Source: Takakia lepidozioides (Eukaryota; Plantae; Bryophyta). Taken from it: a stretch of DNA of 64,000 bases. The stretch covers positions 53,940,001 to 54,004,000 of the forward strand of contig CM060734.1 of NCBI GenBank assembly GCA_030704615.1, in the 5' to 3' direction. The notes under the pieces were generated by a model, which was given only the letters and a program-made list of their open reading frames with translations, ran no database searches and was not told the DNA's origin. This document shows positions 14,054 to 25,165 of this stretch, piece by piece. A program made the position numbers and the translations under genes. Position 1 is the stretch's first letter; every line of letters begins with the position of its first letter.

Positions 14054-15137
14054 GAGGGGAATGCTAGAGTGTGAGTCTAGCCCCGCGAGCCTAGGAGCCC
14101 GTGAGTCCGTGAGCCTGACGTGAGCCTAGTCCACGTGGCACGAGAATGGGGGAAGATTGTATTTCCGCGGATGAGCTCCAATTACTGTAGAAGAGCCAAG
14201 GCCTGGAACATCATACTTGCCAATGTGCCGCATTATATGAGCCCCTTGCTTGATGAAGATGACCACACATCCAAAAACCCCTGCTTGGATGGCATCTTCA
14301 CAAGGGAATCACATTCCGGTCATGCTTGTTTTGTCATCTACAGAACTGGTGGTGTCTGGTCTAGGTTTCTTGGCTGACCAGGAAGGGCATCTCACATATT
14401 CAGAAAGAGTGAAGATGAATCGGTCTTTGTTGTTCCACATCAGAGTGTTGGACAGCCTCGGAAATCCCAACCCCATGCCTCCTCCGGATTTGGAAGCTCA
14501 GTGGGCTCGACAAGAAACTCTAACCTAGTTTCTCAAATGCCTCTTGACTGATCTGCAATTTGACTCGGCGGAGTGGAGGTGGATGGATAAGAAAAAAACA
14601 CCATTTTTTTCCTACTCTGTCAAGAAAGGTTATGCTCTCATCAACCCCTCGCGCTCATTACTCACTAGTGGGTGTGGCTGCTGCAGGAGTATACTTAAAG
14701 GAACGGTGACCAGAAAAGGTTGGGGCTTGGTGAGAGTGGGCCAGGTAGGATCGCGGCTTGGGGCTCGTCTTCAAGGTGGAGCGCGCTTGGGGCTGGTGGA
14801 GGGTGGGACCAGCTGCGTGAAGTGCTTGGGGTAGGAGTGCTTGGGGTTGACGAAGTAGGGCTGGGGGAATTGGGTCGATCGTCGTGCTTCTAAATGAGAC
14901 TCAATATGTCGTGTTTGCCGTATATTGCCGTGTTTGCCGTGTTTGGAAGTTTTGCCGTATTCACCTCTTCTTCCAGAATATATGCTTCCACAGTAATAGG
15001 ACCCACTCTAAACCCTGTCCTCGGTTATAGGACTTGCTTCTCCCTTCTCTAAACCCTGGGCTCACGCTTAGAGGGCAAAACGTGAGCCGAGCTCCTGGGC
15101 TCATGCGGCTAGGCTCACGCCGTACGTAGCTACGCTC
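14054..15137. mobile_element. Non-autonomous derivative of the SWIM-domain DNA element at 30951-47373; contains a probable LINE fragment (~14180-14660)
   Basis: Both ends match the large element in inverted orientation (GAGGGGAATGCTAGAGTGTGAG..., ...GGCTCACGCCGTACGTAGCTACGCTC). GAGCC-rich subterminal inverted repeats. Confidence 0.75.
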
Positions 15138-16574
15138 CATAGGATGCTTAACACCACCACTTGAGGAGGTTCCTAGCGGAGAATGGTTGTGTCCACGATG
15201 CCTTGGACATAGGTAGTGGGCATAACAATGGTGGAGTTGACAAGTGATCCAAGGTATAGCTGGTGGGAGCTCAACGCCATGGATACTGAATTGAAGATCA
15301 TGGATTGCAAGCAGGTGACTAACGATGGGGCTCTTTTTGCACCCGGCCTCTTGATCCATAGTCTTCAGAACATTGGAACATGTGCAATTGAAAACCAAGC
15401 AATGATCTTATTGAGATCATGGATACTTGTCAGCAATCCGGTGTTAGAGGGAGGTTGATTGCAGCCTAGAGTGTCCATAATGCGACACAATCACGAGTAC
15501 ATGAAATGTCCTTAAGTTGGCGCGAGTTTTGAAAAATTAGATTTTGGACCGTTGGATGAAGTTGATCCAGACCGTCGGCCAAAAGTACCGTGTCAAAAAA
15601 ATATGGGCGGGCTTTTCAAAAATAAATAAATAAATAAAATTTAAATTAAATAAAAAATAACGAAATTCTCAAATCTAATTCATCTATGCCCTCAACCTAT
15701 GGGAAATGCGTGTTTTTTGGGAAGGCAGTTCTTGTAAACCTATGTTTTTCATGTAGTAAAGCTTAATACAAAAATAACTAATTTCTATGCTCTTCAAAAG
15801 TCCCTAACATTTTATGGACTACATATTTTAGTGTAAGATAAGGCATTCTAGATTCCTCAAAATAGGGGTGATCATAACGTGAGTCCTTTTTTATAGTGGC
15901 ATTGAAAATTGACCAAGAACAAAGTACATAATCATCAGATTATGGACTAAAATATTTTAATAAGGACTTTTTAAAAAGTCCTTAACTTTCAATATACTTA
16001 GTATTTTGAAATGAAACTTGAAAGAGTGGGTGAAGCCTCTAGTGCATATTATCTTTGAGTCCTTTATTCGATTGAAGAGTGTGAATGTATATCAGATTCA
16101 GTCTATATACAGGAAAAACTGTGTTGTGACAGCTAAAAATGGACACTGTAGGCTACAACGACCCGAGACCTAATCACTAGCTAGGGGGGCGATTGTGGCA
16201 TAGCTTTCTAGGATTGTGTGCATAGAATGTGTGTTGGACAACGATGTATGTTGTGGCACGATGCTTAGGTGCACGACAGCTGTCATGGTTTTAGTCACGG
16301 TTAACTAGAATTACCTACTTCTAGTTAACTATGTCATTTTGGATATTTGTATTTGTATTTTGTGTGTTGGGACTTCATTTGGTCATATGCCAAGTGAGGT
16401 GTCAAGCCTCACTTGGGATATGGGGATGGTTTTCCCCTTGTGAGGGTTGAGGAGGGCTCATCTTCTTGTAGTTGAGCCTCCATGAGCCTCTCTCACCTCC
16501 ATAGCTCTAGGTATTGAGAGGGAGTGTGGTGAGGGCTTTGTAGGATGGAGGGCACGATGCTTAGGTGCACGACA
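15138..16574 (+). mobile_element. 3' remnant of a PHD/DNMT-type gypsy-like element (PHD end, 3' UTR, PPT, end A, GC, end B, short second end A)
   Basis: CLTPPLEEVPSGEWLCPRC matches the PHD at 37200-37298; CTAGCTAGGGGGGCGAT; CACGACA-GC-TGTCA junction at 16272-16285; 24-nt direct repeat at 16255-16278 and 16551-16574. Confidence 0.8.
15469..16148. mobile_element. Tc1/mariner-like non-autonomous element
   Basis: TA on both sides; short TIR (G/C)AGTGTCCAT; AT-rich; removing it restores continuity of the host 3' UTR. Confidence 0.65.
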
Positions 16575-17300
16575 AAGGACCCATACAACTTTGGATATCA
16601 TGATCGAGAGTTGTGGTTTGAGGGGTACCTGTACTTGGCTGCTCTCTCTTTTGGCTGCATATAGTCTCAGTGTGGCCCAACATGTTGTAGAAAGAATACC
16701 TCACTCCACACAGCTCAGTTTGGTGGCCAGTCCTGTGACACTTTCCACAGGTAATCTGCGCTCCCCCCGCCGGACAGTTGATAGCTATGTGCCCTTCATG
16801 ACCACACTTGTTGCAAGATCTCACTTCTCGAGTCTCCAAACATCTGAATTCTTTCAACCCAATCTTGCACATCTTCACTCACTCTCCCAAAGAATGGCTC
16901 ATCTACCCTCCCAGGGCTCGTCATATTTACAAGTCTGCCTACCTTGTTCTGGCCATTCTTCTAATGAGAAGCAGCATTACCTTCGCACAACAGCAGACAA
17001 TGAGCAGACTAGTTTTGCCCACGATACCACTTCAGTTGTCCATTTCGCAGCATCTCAATACGTCCACCCCAAGTAACTCCTCTGGCCATGGTGTTAACTT
17101 CTTCCCACCTTAGGGAGGAGCCAATAAACAGGGCTTCATTTCCCTTTATTGAGGTAGGAGCCCAAAAGGAACCACCGGTGTGTAGCTCACAGTGCGCCAC
17201 CCAAATGATCCTGGGGTCAAATCCTGCTACATTATTGGGTATGTTCTTCTCCCCCTTCCCTTGGGGGCTGTCCCATCATCTTGCCTTCAGGGCGAGGTTA
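16575..17300 (-). pseudogene. Retrotransposon gag fragment with three CCHC knuckles
   Basis: CNKCGHEGHIAINC, CGKCHRTGHQTELC and a degenerate third knuckle. Confidence 0.7.
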
Positions 17301-18482
17301 ATGTGAAAGAGGTCATTTTCTCCTCTCACTATATATTAAGGGGCCTGATTTGTGAGCTATCGCTCCCGGGTGTTTCCCTTTATTTATTTTTAAAGAAAAG
17401 GAGCCCAAGCACAGAAAAATTGGCCGCTTCCCACCCAGACCTCTTACTACAAAAGTGTTCCCTTTCCATGCTTGGGTTATAACCCCTTACAACCTCAGTG
17501 TTCACCCCCAGCTCCCTGACCATGAAGGCATAGTGTGGAGCTAATAAGACGGTTGGAGATGGCTGAATGGGTTCAATTTTGCAGTTGTATGCAGAATTGG
17601 AGCTTATGTTGTCACAAGATTCAGTATTGCTCTTTAAAACAGGTAGCAGTAAATGGCACATTTAGAAGCCAAAGGTGGTTACCATGGTGGATCGACAGGA
17701 AGCCAAGCAGTTGCGTGCTGAGTTGAAGGCTACTGGAAGATTGCACAATTTTCTCTTATTACTACATTTGAGTGGGACTTGCTGGGTGATGGCTTGCATG
17801 TTTGATGTGGTAGTATCTACATCGAAAGAAGAATGTCACTGCATATGGTAGCTATTGCCTTATTTGCCGCAGGTCTGTGCCCAAACACCCAACTCCCATA
17901 TCGAATTCCAGTTTCCACCCATGAAGTTGTAGCCTGACCATTTACCGTCCTTTCCCATCTCACCTTGAATTGCAAAGCTTTAAGCAGGGTTCTGAAGGCT
18001 TCTTTGGCTGTATACCAAAAGAATGAAACTGAGGAGTCTTGGAAGTTCCATGACCATGAATTTAAGCATCCAGTGCAAGCCACACCACAAGAAACAAACA
18101 AACATGTCCAAATTTAAGATGCTGAACAAACTTGTGCACAAGGCTGCCCCTCTAATCAAGATCATTAAAAATTCATATTCACTTCCATCTTCAAGCTTTG
18201 GAGAAGCTCCACCACCCAAACCCAGAATTAGGACAGCACTCTGATTTCCATCCACTGTCACCAAAGTCAGTCCAATATCGCCCCTCCAGTCAAGTGTAAT
18301 TATGGGCTGACTTCCGACCTATGCCGGGTAGACCCCACTATCATTTCCCCTGGATATGCCACAGGAAATGCACTCAACAGTACATCATGGTCAATACTCT
18401 CAGGAAATGGTGGATGATCTGAGTAGCTACACAGATCAATGAATGAAGCAAACAAATCCCATCTTTCCAACAAAACATCCTT

Positions 18483-21400
18483 TCACCAGTAATCCCCACA
18501 AGAACAAATCCCATCTTCAAAGTGGTGAAAGCGGTTAGCGTCCCGTACAACAATTGCTCGGTCAACAATCTTTGAGATGAATTTGGTGGAGGTGTGGCAG
18601 TCACCACACACTCGAAGATTCTTGATGAGACGCAGAGGCGTCCTAGGGGTTGTGCTGATCAGCCCAAAACCAATGGCCAGCCTCTCACTGTGGTGGCAAA
18701 GAGAGAATTCCTTTTCCTCCTCCCCCACATCATGTAATACAAAGCGCGTGTCAGGCACATACCCCGCCTCCTTCATCTGCCCAGACAATCTTCTCAGCTC
18801 AGCATGGATTTCCTTAATTCTGGGATGCAACTTGTCATCTCCAACGAAGGTGTGCACCCTGTTGCCAACCTCAATGCAGCAGCGACCTGGCTCCTTTCTA
18901 ACCCCTCTGACCTTCATCATTCTTCTCACCTTTGCAGTATCATCCCACCTGCCAGCTGCAGCATAGATGTTTGAGAGCAACACATAAGTCGCGGCATCCT
19001 GTTCATCCCGCTTAAGGATAGATGTTGCCGCACGTTCAGCCATCTCCACATTGCCATGGATTCTGCAGGCACCAAGCAAGGCCTTCCACATCACAACATC
19101 TGGATTGATTGGCATTTTATTAATCAGGTCCACTGCCTCATCCAGTTGTCCCGCACGTCCAAGAAGGTCCACCATGCAGCCAAAGTGCTTTACTGTGGGA
19201 GTGACACCATGATCTTGACTCAGGGAATCAAAGTAACGTCTTCCTTCACTCAGTAGGCCAGCGTGGCTGCATGCAGAGAGAACACATATAAAGGTGATAC
19301 TGTCCGGCTTCAAGCCGTTCTTTTGCATTCCTTCAAATAGTTGCACGACCTCCCTATGAAGACCATGCTGTGCATATCCTGCGATCATCGCGTTCCACGA
19401 CACCACACTTCGTTCAGCCATATTGTCAAATACTCCCTTTGCATCCTCAATGCACCCACATTTCGCATACATGTCCACCAGGGCAGTGTCCAGAATGACA
19501 TTTGGTCCAATTCCAGCTTTGATGATGTCACCATGCACCTCTTTGCCCTTTTCCAGGGCTGCCAGGCTTGCACAAGCATTGCAAATGCACACAAACGTGA
19601 TGTGGTTGGGCTTCACCCCTTCCCCCATCATTTGCTCATACGTCTCCAAAGCCTCCATCCCGCGCCCCTGCTGTGCATAACCTGCAATCATCGCACTCCA
19701 CGACACCACATTTCGTTCAGCCATTGTGTCGAACACTCCCTTTGCATCCTCGATGCACCCACATTTGGCATACATGTCCACGAGGGTATTGTTCAGAATG
19801 ACATCTGGTACAATTCCAGCTTGGGCGATGCAACCATGCACCTCTTTGCCCTTTTCCAGGGCTGCGAGGCTTGCACAAGCACTGCAAACGCACACAAACG
19901 TGATGTGATCGGGCTTCACCCCTTCGCACATCATTTGCTCATAGGTCTCCAAAGCCTCCATCCCGCGCCCCTGCTGTGCATACCCTGCAAGCATTGCGTT
20001 CCACGACACCACATTTCGTTCAGACATATTGTTGAACACTCCCTTCGCATCCTCCATGCTCCCACATTTGGCATACATGTCCACCAGGGCAGTGTTCAGG
20101 ATGACATTTGGTACAATTCCAGCTTTGATGATGTCACCATGCACCTCTTTGCCCTTTTCCAAGGCTGCCAGGCTTGCACAAGCATTGCAAACGCACACAA
20201 ACGTGATGCGGTCGGGCTTCACCCTTTCCTCCATCATTTGCTCATAGGTCTCCAAAGCCTCCATCCCGCGCCCCTGCTGTGCATACCCCGCAATCATCGC
20301 ACTCCACGACACCACATCTCGTTCAGCCATACTGTCGAACACTCCCTTCGCATCCTCGATGCTCCCACATTTGGCATGCATGTCCACCAGGGCAGTGTTC
20401 AGAATGACATCGGGTACAATTCCAGATTTGACGATGTCACCATGGACCTCTTTGCCCTTTTCCAGAGCTGCCAGGCTTGCACAAGCATTGCAAACGCACA
20501 CAAACGTGATGTGGTTGGGCTGCACCCCTTCGCACATCATTTGCTCATAGGTCTCCAAAGCCTCAATCCCGCGCCCTTGCTGTGCATATCCTGCAATCAG
20601 TGCACTCCACGACACCACATCTCGTTCAGCCATACTGTCGAACACTCCCTCCGCATCCTCGATGCACCCACATTTGGCATACATGTCCACCAGGGTATTG
20701 TTCAGAATGACATCGGGTACAATTCCAGATTTGACGATGTCACCATGGACCGCTTTGCCCTTTTCCAGAGCTGCTAGGCTTGCACACGCATTGCAAATGC
20801 ACACAAACGTGATGTGGTTGGGCTTCACCCCTTCCCACATCATTTGCTCATAGGTCTCCAAAGCCTCCATCCCGCGCCCTTGCTGTGCATATCCTGCAAT
20901 CATTGCACTCCACGACACCACATCTCGTTCAGCCATAGTGTCGAACACTCCCTTTGCATCCTCGATGCTCCCACATTTTGCATACATGTCCACCAGGGCA
21001 GTGTTCAGAATGACATCTGGTACAATTCCAGCTTTGATGATGTCACCATGGACCTCTTTCCCCTTTTCCAGGGCTCCCAGGCTTGCACACGCATTGCAAA
21101 CAGAAACAAATGTGATGTGGTTGGGCTTCACCCATTCGCGCATCATTTGCTCATAGGTCTCCAAAGCATTCCTACCACACCCATGCTTGGTGAATCCTGC
21201 CAACATTATATTCCACGTGATCAAAGATCGTTGAGGCATTCTGTTGAACACTTGGTGAGCATCCATGATGCTCCCGCACTTAACATACATGTTGACAAGG
21301 GTGGTGAGTAGAAAAACATTTGGCGTGAATCCACTTTGGATAATGTGAGTGTGCACCTGCTTTCCAGCTTCCAGGCCTTTCATCTTGATGCACTTATGCA

Positions 21401-21722
21401 AGAGACTGACATACGTATCTAAATCTGCTGAAATGCCTCCTTGGTTTAAAGTCTGTAGAGCCTCTTTCAGTCTGCCTGCCTCACAAAGCATCTTCACATT
21501 CCCAGAAGTGCCAGAAGAGGCATTGTGGACTCCCTCTCTTGATCCTCTTCCAGAAGCTGTGGTCATGGTTGAGGTGCCTGATTTTATCAAGTGTGCCGCT
21601 GCAGATGCTGCCTTCAGTTGACCATCTACCCATGCAGGTTTCTTGTAGCTATTGATCCACAGGGAATCATAGGTAATCTTGTGCCTGAAATCTGGCCCTC
21701 TTGGATGAATCTGGACCCACAC
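18483..21722 (-). CDS. PLS-type PPR-E-DYW editing factor, copy 1 (main exon 21710-18483; 6 PLS triplets); upstream PDF exons extend to ~23300
   Basis: P/L/S motifs, E1/E2, PG box, HSE, CxxC and terminal DYW; N-terminal half-PDF IHPRGPDFRHK...LW...PAWV. Confidence 0.95.
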   Translation of the reverse strand: MWVQIHPRGPDFRHKITYDSLWINSYKKPAWVDGQLKAASAAAHLIKSGTSTMTTASGRGSREGVHNASSGTSGNVKMLCEAGRLKEALQTLNQGGISADLDTYVSLLHKCIKMKGLEAGKQVHTHIIQSGFTPNVFLLTTLVNMYVKCGSIMDAHQVFNRMPQRSLITWNIMLAGFTKHGCGRNALETYEQMMREWVKPNHITFVSVCNACASLGALEKGKEVHGDIIKAGIVPDVILNTALVDMYAKCGSIEDAKGVFDTMAERDVVSWSAMIAGYAQQGRGMEALETYEQMMWEGVKPNHITFVCICNACASLAALEKGKAVHGDIVKSGIVPDVILNNTLVDMYAKCGCIEDAEGVFDSMAERDVVSWSALIAGYAQQGRGIEALETYEQMMCEGVQPNHITFVCVCNACASLAALEKGKEVHGDIVKSGIVPDVILNTALVDMHAKCGSIEDAKGVFDSMAERDVVSWSAMIAGYAQQGRGMEALETYEQMMEERVKPDRITFVCVCNACASLAALEKGKEVHGDIIKAGIVPNVILNTALVDMYAKCGSMEDAKGVFNNMSERNVVSWNAMLAGYAQQGRGMEALETYEQMMCEGVKPDHITFVCVCSACASLAALEKGKEVHGCIAQAGIVPDVILNNTLVDMYAKCGCIEDAKGVFDTMAERNVVSWSAMIAGYAQQGRGMEALETYEQMMGEGVKPNHITFVCICNACASLAALEKGKEVHGDIIKAGIGPNVILDTALVDMYAKCGCIEDAKGVFDNMAERSVVSWNAMIAGYAQHGLHREVVQLFEGMQKNGLKPDSITFICVLSACSHAGLLSEGRRYFDSLSQDHGVTPTVKHFGCMVDLLGRAGQLDEAVDLINKMPINPDVVMWKALLGACRIHGNVEMAERAATSILKRDEQDAATYVLLSNIYAAAGRWDDTAKVRRMMKVRGVRKEPGRCCIEVGNRVHTFVGDDKLHPRIKEIHAELRRLSGQMKEAGYVPDTRFVLHDVGEEEKEFSLCHHSERLAIGFGLISTTPRTPLRLIKNLRVCGDCHTSTKFISKIVDRAIVVRDANRFHHFEDGICSCGDYW

Positions 21723-21892
21723 TCTATCCCTGCTCCTTCAGCATTCCATGCCTCTGCACATTCATCCTTGCCTTGCTGCTAGCAGCTGACAATGACAGCC
21801 TAGATTTGTTCTAGGACACCCAACTCAGCTTATCACACTAGTTCCTATGCTGAATTGCATCTGCTACTCTCTGTAATCTAACAGGCATTCAC

Positions 21893-23310
21893 CTTTTGGC
21901 CTCGGTTGTCCCACCATTGACTGGGGTCAGAAAAGTATTCAATCCACAGCTTCTCCTCATCTCTGTTACCTGTTTTTCGACACTTTCCTGCTGTCATATT
22001 GGCAGTATCATGTCAAAGTCACTCCAAACTACATTCACTCAACCAGCTAACTTGCAGAATTCAACATGGAAATTTAGGGCCGGTTCTGATAAGAGGGAAA
22101 AACAGGGTGAAAAGTGTTGAAGAAGGTGCCTTCATTAGCAGTGCCTGATTTTATCAATTGTGCCGCTGCTGCTGCGGCTTCCAGTTGACCATCTACCCAT
22201 GCAGGTTTCTTGTAGCTATCCTTCCACAGGGAATCATAGGTAATCTGGAGCTTGACATCCAGCGCTCTTGGATGAATCTGGACCCACGCTCTATCCCTGC
22301 TCCTTCAGCTATCCATGCCTCTGCACAAATCATGCATACATCCTTGCCTTGCTGCTAGTAACTGACAATGACAGCCTAGGATTCTTCCAGCAAACACCCC
22401 AACCATACTTATCACACTGCTGACTTGCGTCTGCTTCAAACAGGCATTCACCTTTTTGTCTCCATTGTCCCACCATTGACTGGGGTCGGCAAAGTGTTCA
22501 TTCCAAAGCTTCTCCTCATCTCTGTTATCTGTTTTTGGATACTTTCCTGCTGCCACATCGGCAGTAACTTGTCAAACTCACTCCAAACCACCACAGATCC
22601 ACCCAACGACCTTACTTACAGAATTCAATAGGCAAATTCAGGGCCGAGTCTGATGAGGTGGCAAAACAGGCTGAAATAGGTCGAAGAAGAAGGTGCCCTC
22701 ACCACATTGTGCTTGACCTTGTGTCATGACCCATGGAGGATTTGACCGACCATCAACCCAGGACCTCTTGTGTGTGCTGCTTGTGTCTGTAGTCAGGTAG
22801 TGTCGGATTGGTCTGTGAGAACCACCATGGTGCAGCTGAGCAGGCAGAGATTGAAACACGGCCAAGCTGACTCTCCCAAGAATCTTGTAAACATCAGGAA
22901 GAATACCAAATCATGGTACTAACAGGAGCCAAGAGCCCACATTCGCAGGATGGACAAACTTCTTCACATCGTACATTAAGAAAAAGCCACACCTTGTTAT
23001 TGCGGTTGTCCTACCATCGTGAAGGATCTTTATAAAACTCATGCCAGCTCTGCTCCGTGCTGCAATGTAGAGGTTTGTGCTCGAAAATCCGACAGCATCA
23101 ACATTTTGACAAGGTCCTTTACTGAGGGGTGCTAGTGAGCTTTCAACAAAATTCATGCAAGTTGTTTTGGGCTCCATTGGGCTCTACACGATGAGGACCA
23201 ACGAACATGTCCAGACTTACACAGATGCTAACCCAGCTTATGTTTGCAGTCTGGAGATTGTAGAGTAGTCTCTGAGAACGACCAGGGAGGAAGGCGCTGA
23301 GCAGCCAGAG
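21893..23310 (-). other. Upstream small exons of copy 1 encoding OSB-type PDF motifs
   Basis: EEKLW..F.DPSQWWDN..KK^GT exon halves and CAG^IHP...LW...PAWV exon halves. Confidence 0.75.
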
Positions 23311-25165
23311 TCTTTCCCTGGGTCTTGGCGTTTAAGTTTTTCTCACGTTCCAATTAATATGTACCCCAAGTCGTCCAACAAATAAAATCAGCCAAAGCCG
23401 GTGGAATCAACAGGGCTGTCCGAAAGGTGCCTCGCCAAAATGGCAATTGCATGTGGGGCCCATTTGGCGGCTGCATGCAAGCGCTAACCCTGACCAACCT
23501 TCTACAATGTGGTGACGCTGCAATCTGGGAGGGTGGGGGAGTTGGAGGCGTTGGCTTAGCGGAAGGAGTCGGTTAGCAGAAGAGAGTTAGCGAGCCATGA
23601 CCCTGCTGGATAAATCTGACTTGGAGGCTTAAGTTTCCAATGCCACATCTGTTGCCAGGAAATTGAAAATGAAGTTAGGCAGAAAACTTCTTTGAACTTG
23701 TTTCCATTCTGTGACATGGGTGAGGCCATCATGGATGACCTCAAGGGTTTACCCACTCTGGGCACTAGACTGAAATTCAAAGTCAGGGCGAGTAGCCTAC
23801 CTTTTGAACAGCAAACAGACGCAGAGAGGAAAGAGGGATTGTAAGCGTCCGTTGTGTGGGCAACGTGAAGACAATACTGAAGGTCGGGTAAGTCCAAAGC
23901 CATGACCCTGTTGGATAAATCTATCTCAGAGGCTTAAGTTTCCAAAGTCAATGAAGCTAGGAAGAAAAGATCCCTGAACCTGTTTCTAGTCTGTGACATG
24001 AGCAACACGAAGCCTAGTAGAATAAAAAATTAAAAAATTCTCACTCGCATGAAAGTTGTGAGTAGCTTGATGGTTGGATGCATCAGTTGACAATGCTGGG
24101 GTGAGGTGTTCGAACGGTTGTATATATGGCAACTGATTAAGCCACAAATATGTATGTTCTTTTTTCTGGGTCATGTGGGAGGGTCTGAGTCATGTGCATG
24201 ATATAAATGACAGGCCCGAATCATCGAGGATAAAGAGCCCCCCCCCAGTTCCTGCCTCTGTTTCAATGCATGACATTTTTGAGGGTATGACTCATTACTC
24301 TTGACCTTGTCAGCTTTAGGTGGCCCTGAGAATGTCGCCTTTGTATTTTGATCCATTCTGTGACATTAGTGCAAGGAAGGACCAACTTTTTTGTGCCAAG
24401 ATAGATATGTTCTTACTTGTCCAAAACACCCTGTGTGTGATTGCATAGTCTAGCTTCCATGTGAGCTTCAAAAGCTCAGAAATGACAGACTAGTTTAGAA
24501 CATGATTGAAATCAACCACTAAGGTGTAATGAGCACGAGCATGTAGACAGCAACGGCGAACTGTGAATCGTCACTGTGGGCAGAGATTGTAGATGCAGAG
24601 TCGCGAGGACTGCCTACAGTGAAATCTAGGAAGCGTTGATCACAGTAACACCGTTGAACATGGTGTAGCTCAGTGAGGGATGGCAAAGTGCAGGTGCTTG
24701 GACGCGTGGCCTACACGGGATGGTATCTCGCGCAATCATGCACAAATGAACAAGGAGTCACTTAGGGGATGAAGCATGTGTTAAGTGAAAGTCGGGTGTG
24801 GCCGCCCATATCGTTTTCTCTTCCGCTGCAGCGGCATGATACGGTCACATTGGACTGACGGGGTGAGTGGCCCTGTTTAGTTCTCGTGGTGGGAAGTGTA
24901 GAGCCCCCCAGTTTGACCTTATAAGATCAACGTCAAGAACTCTGGGGATTCTCAATTCATCACTAGCCTTCCATCCAAAACACTAGGGTAAGTTGGCCTA
25001 TGACCGAACAGGCGTCTATGACCAATCCTCTATGACTCAACAGTACAGAAATGCACTCAACAGTACATCATGGTCAATACTCTCGGGAAATGGTGGATGA
25101 TCTGAGTAGCTACACAGATCAACCAAAGAAGCAAGACACTCACATCTTTCCAAGAAAACATCCTT

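Noticed and set aside
19341-20777. Long His-rich antisense ORFs over the PPR arrays (also 26519-27691, 60529-62041)
   Set aside because: Shadow frames of the 303-nt repeats; no independent evidence of coding.
23590-24000. ~110-bp imperfect direct repeat, possibly LINE ORF1-derived
   Set aside because: Too degraded; no termini or TSD.
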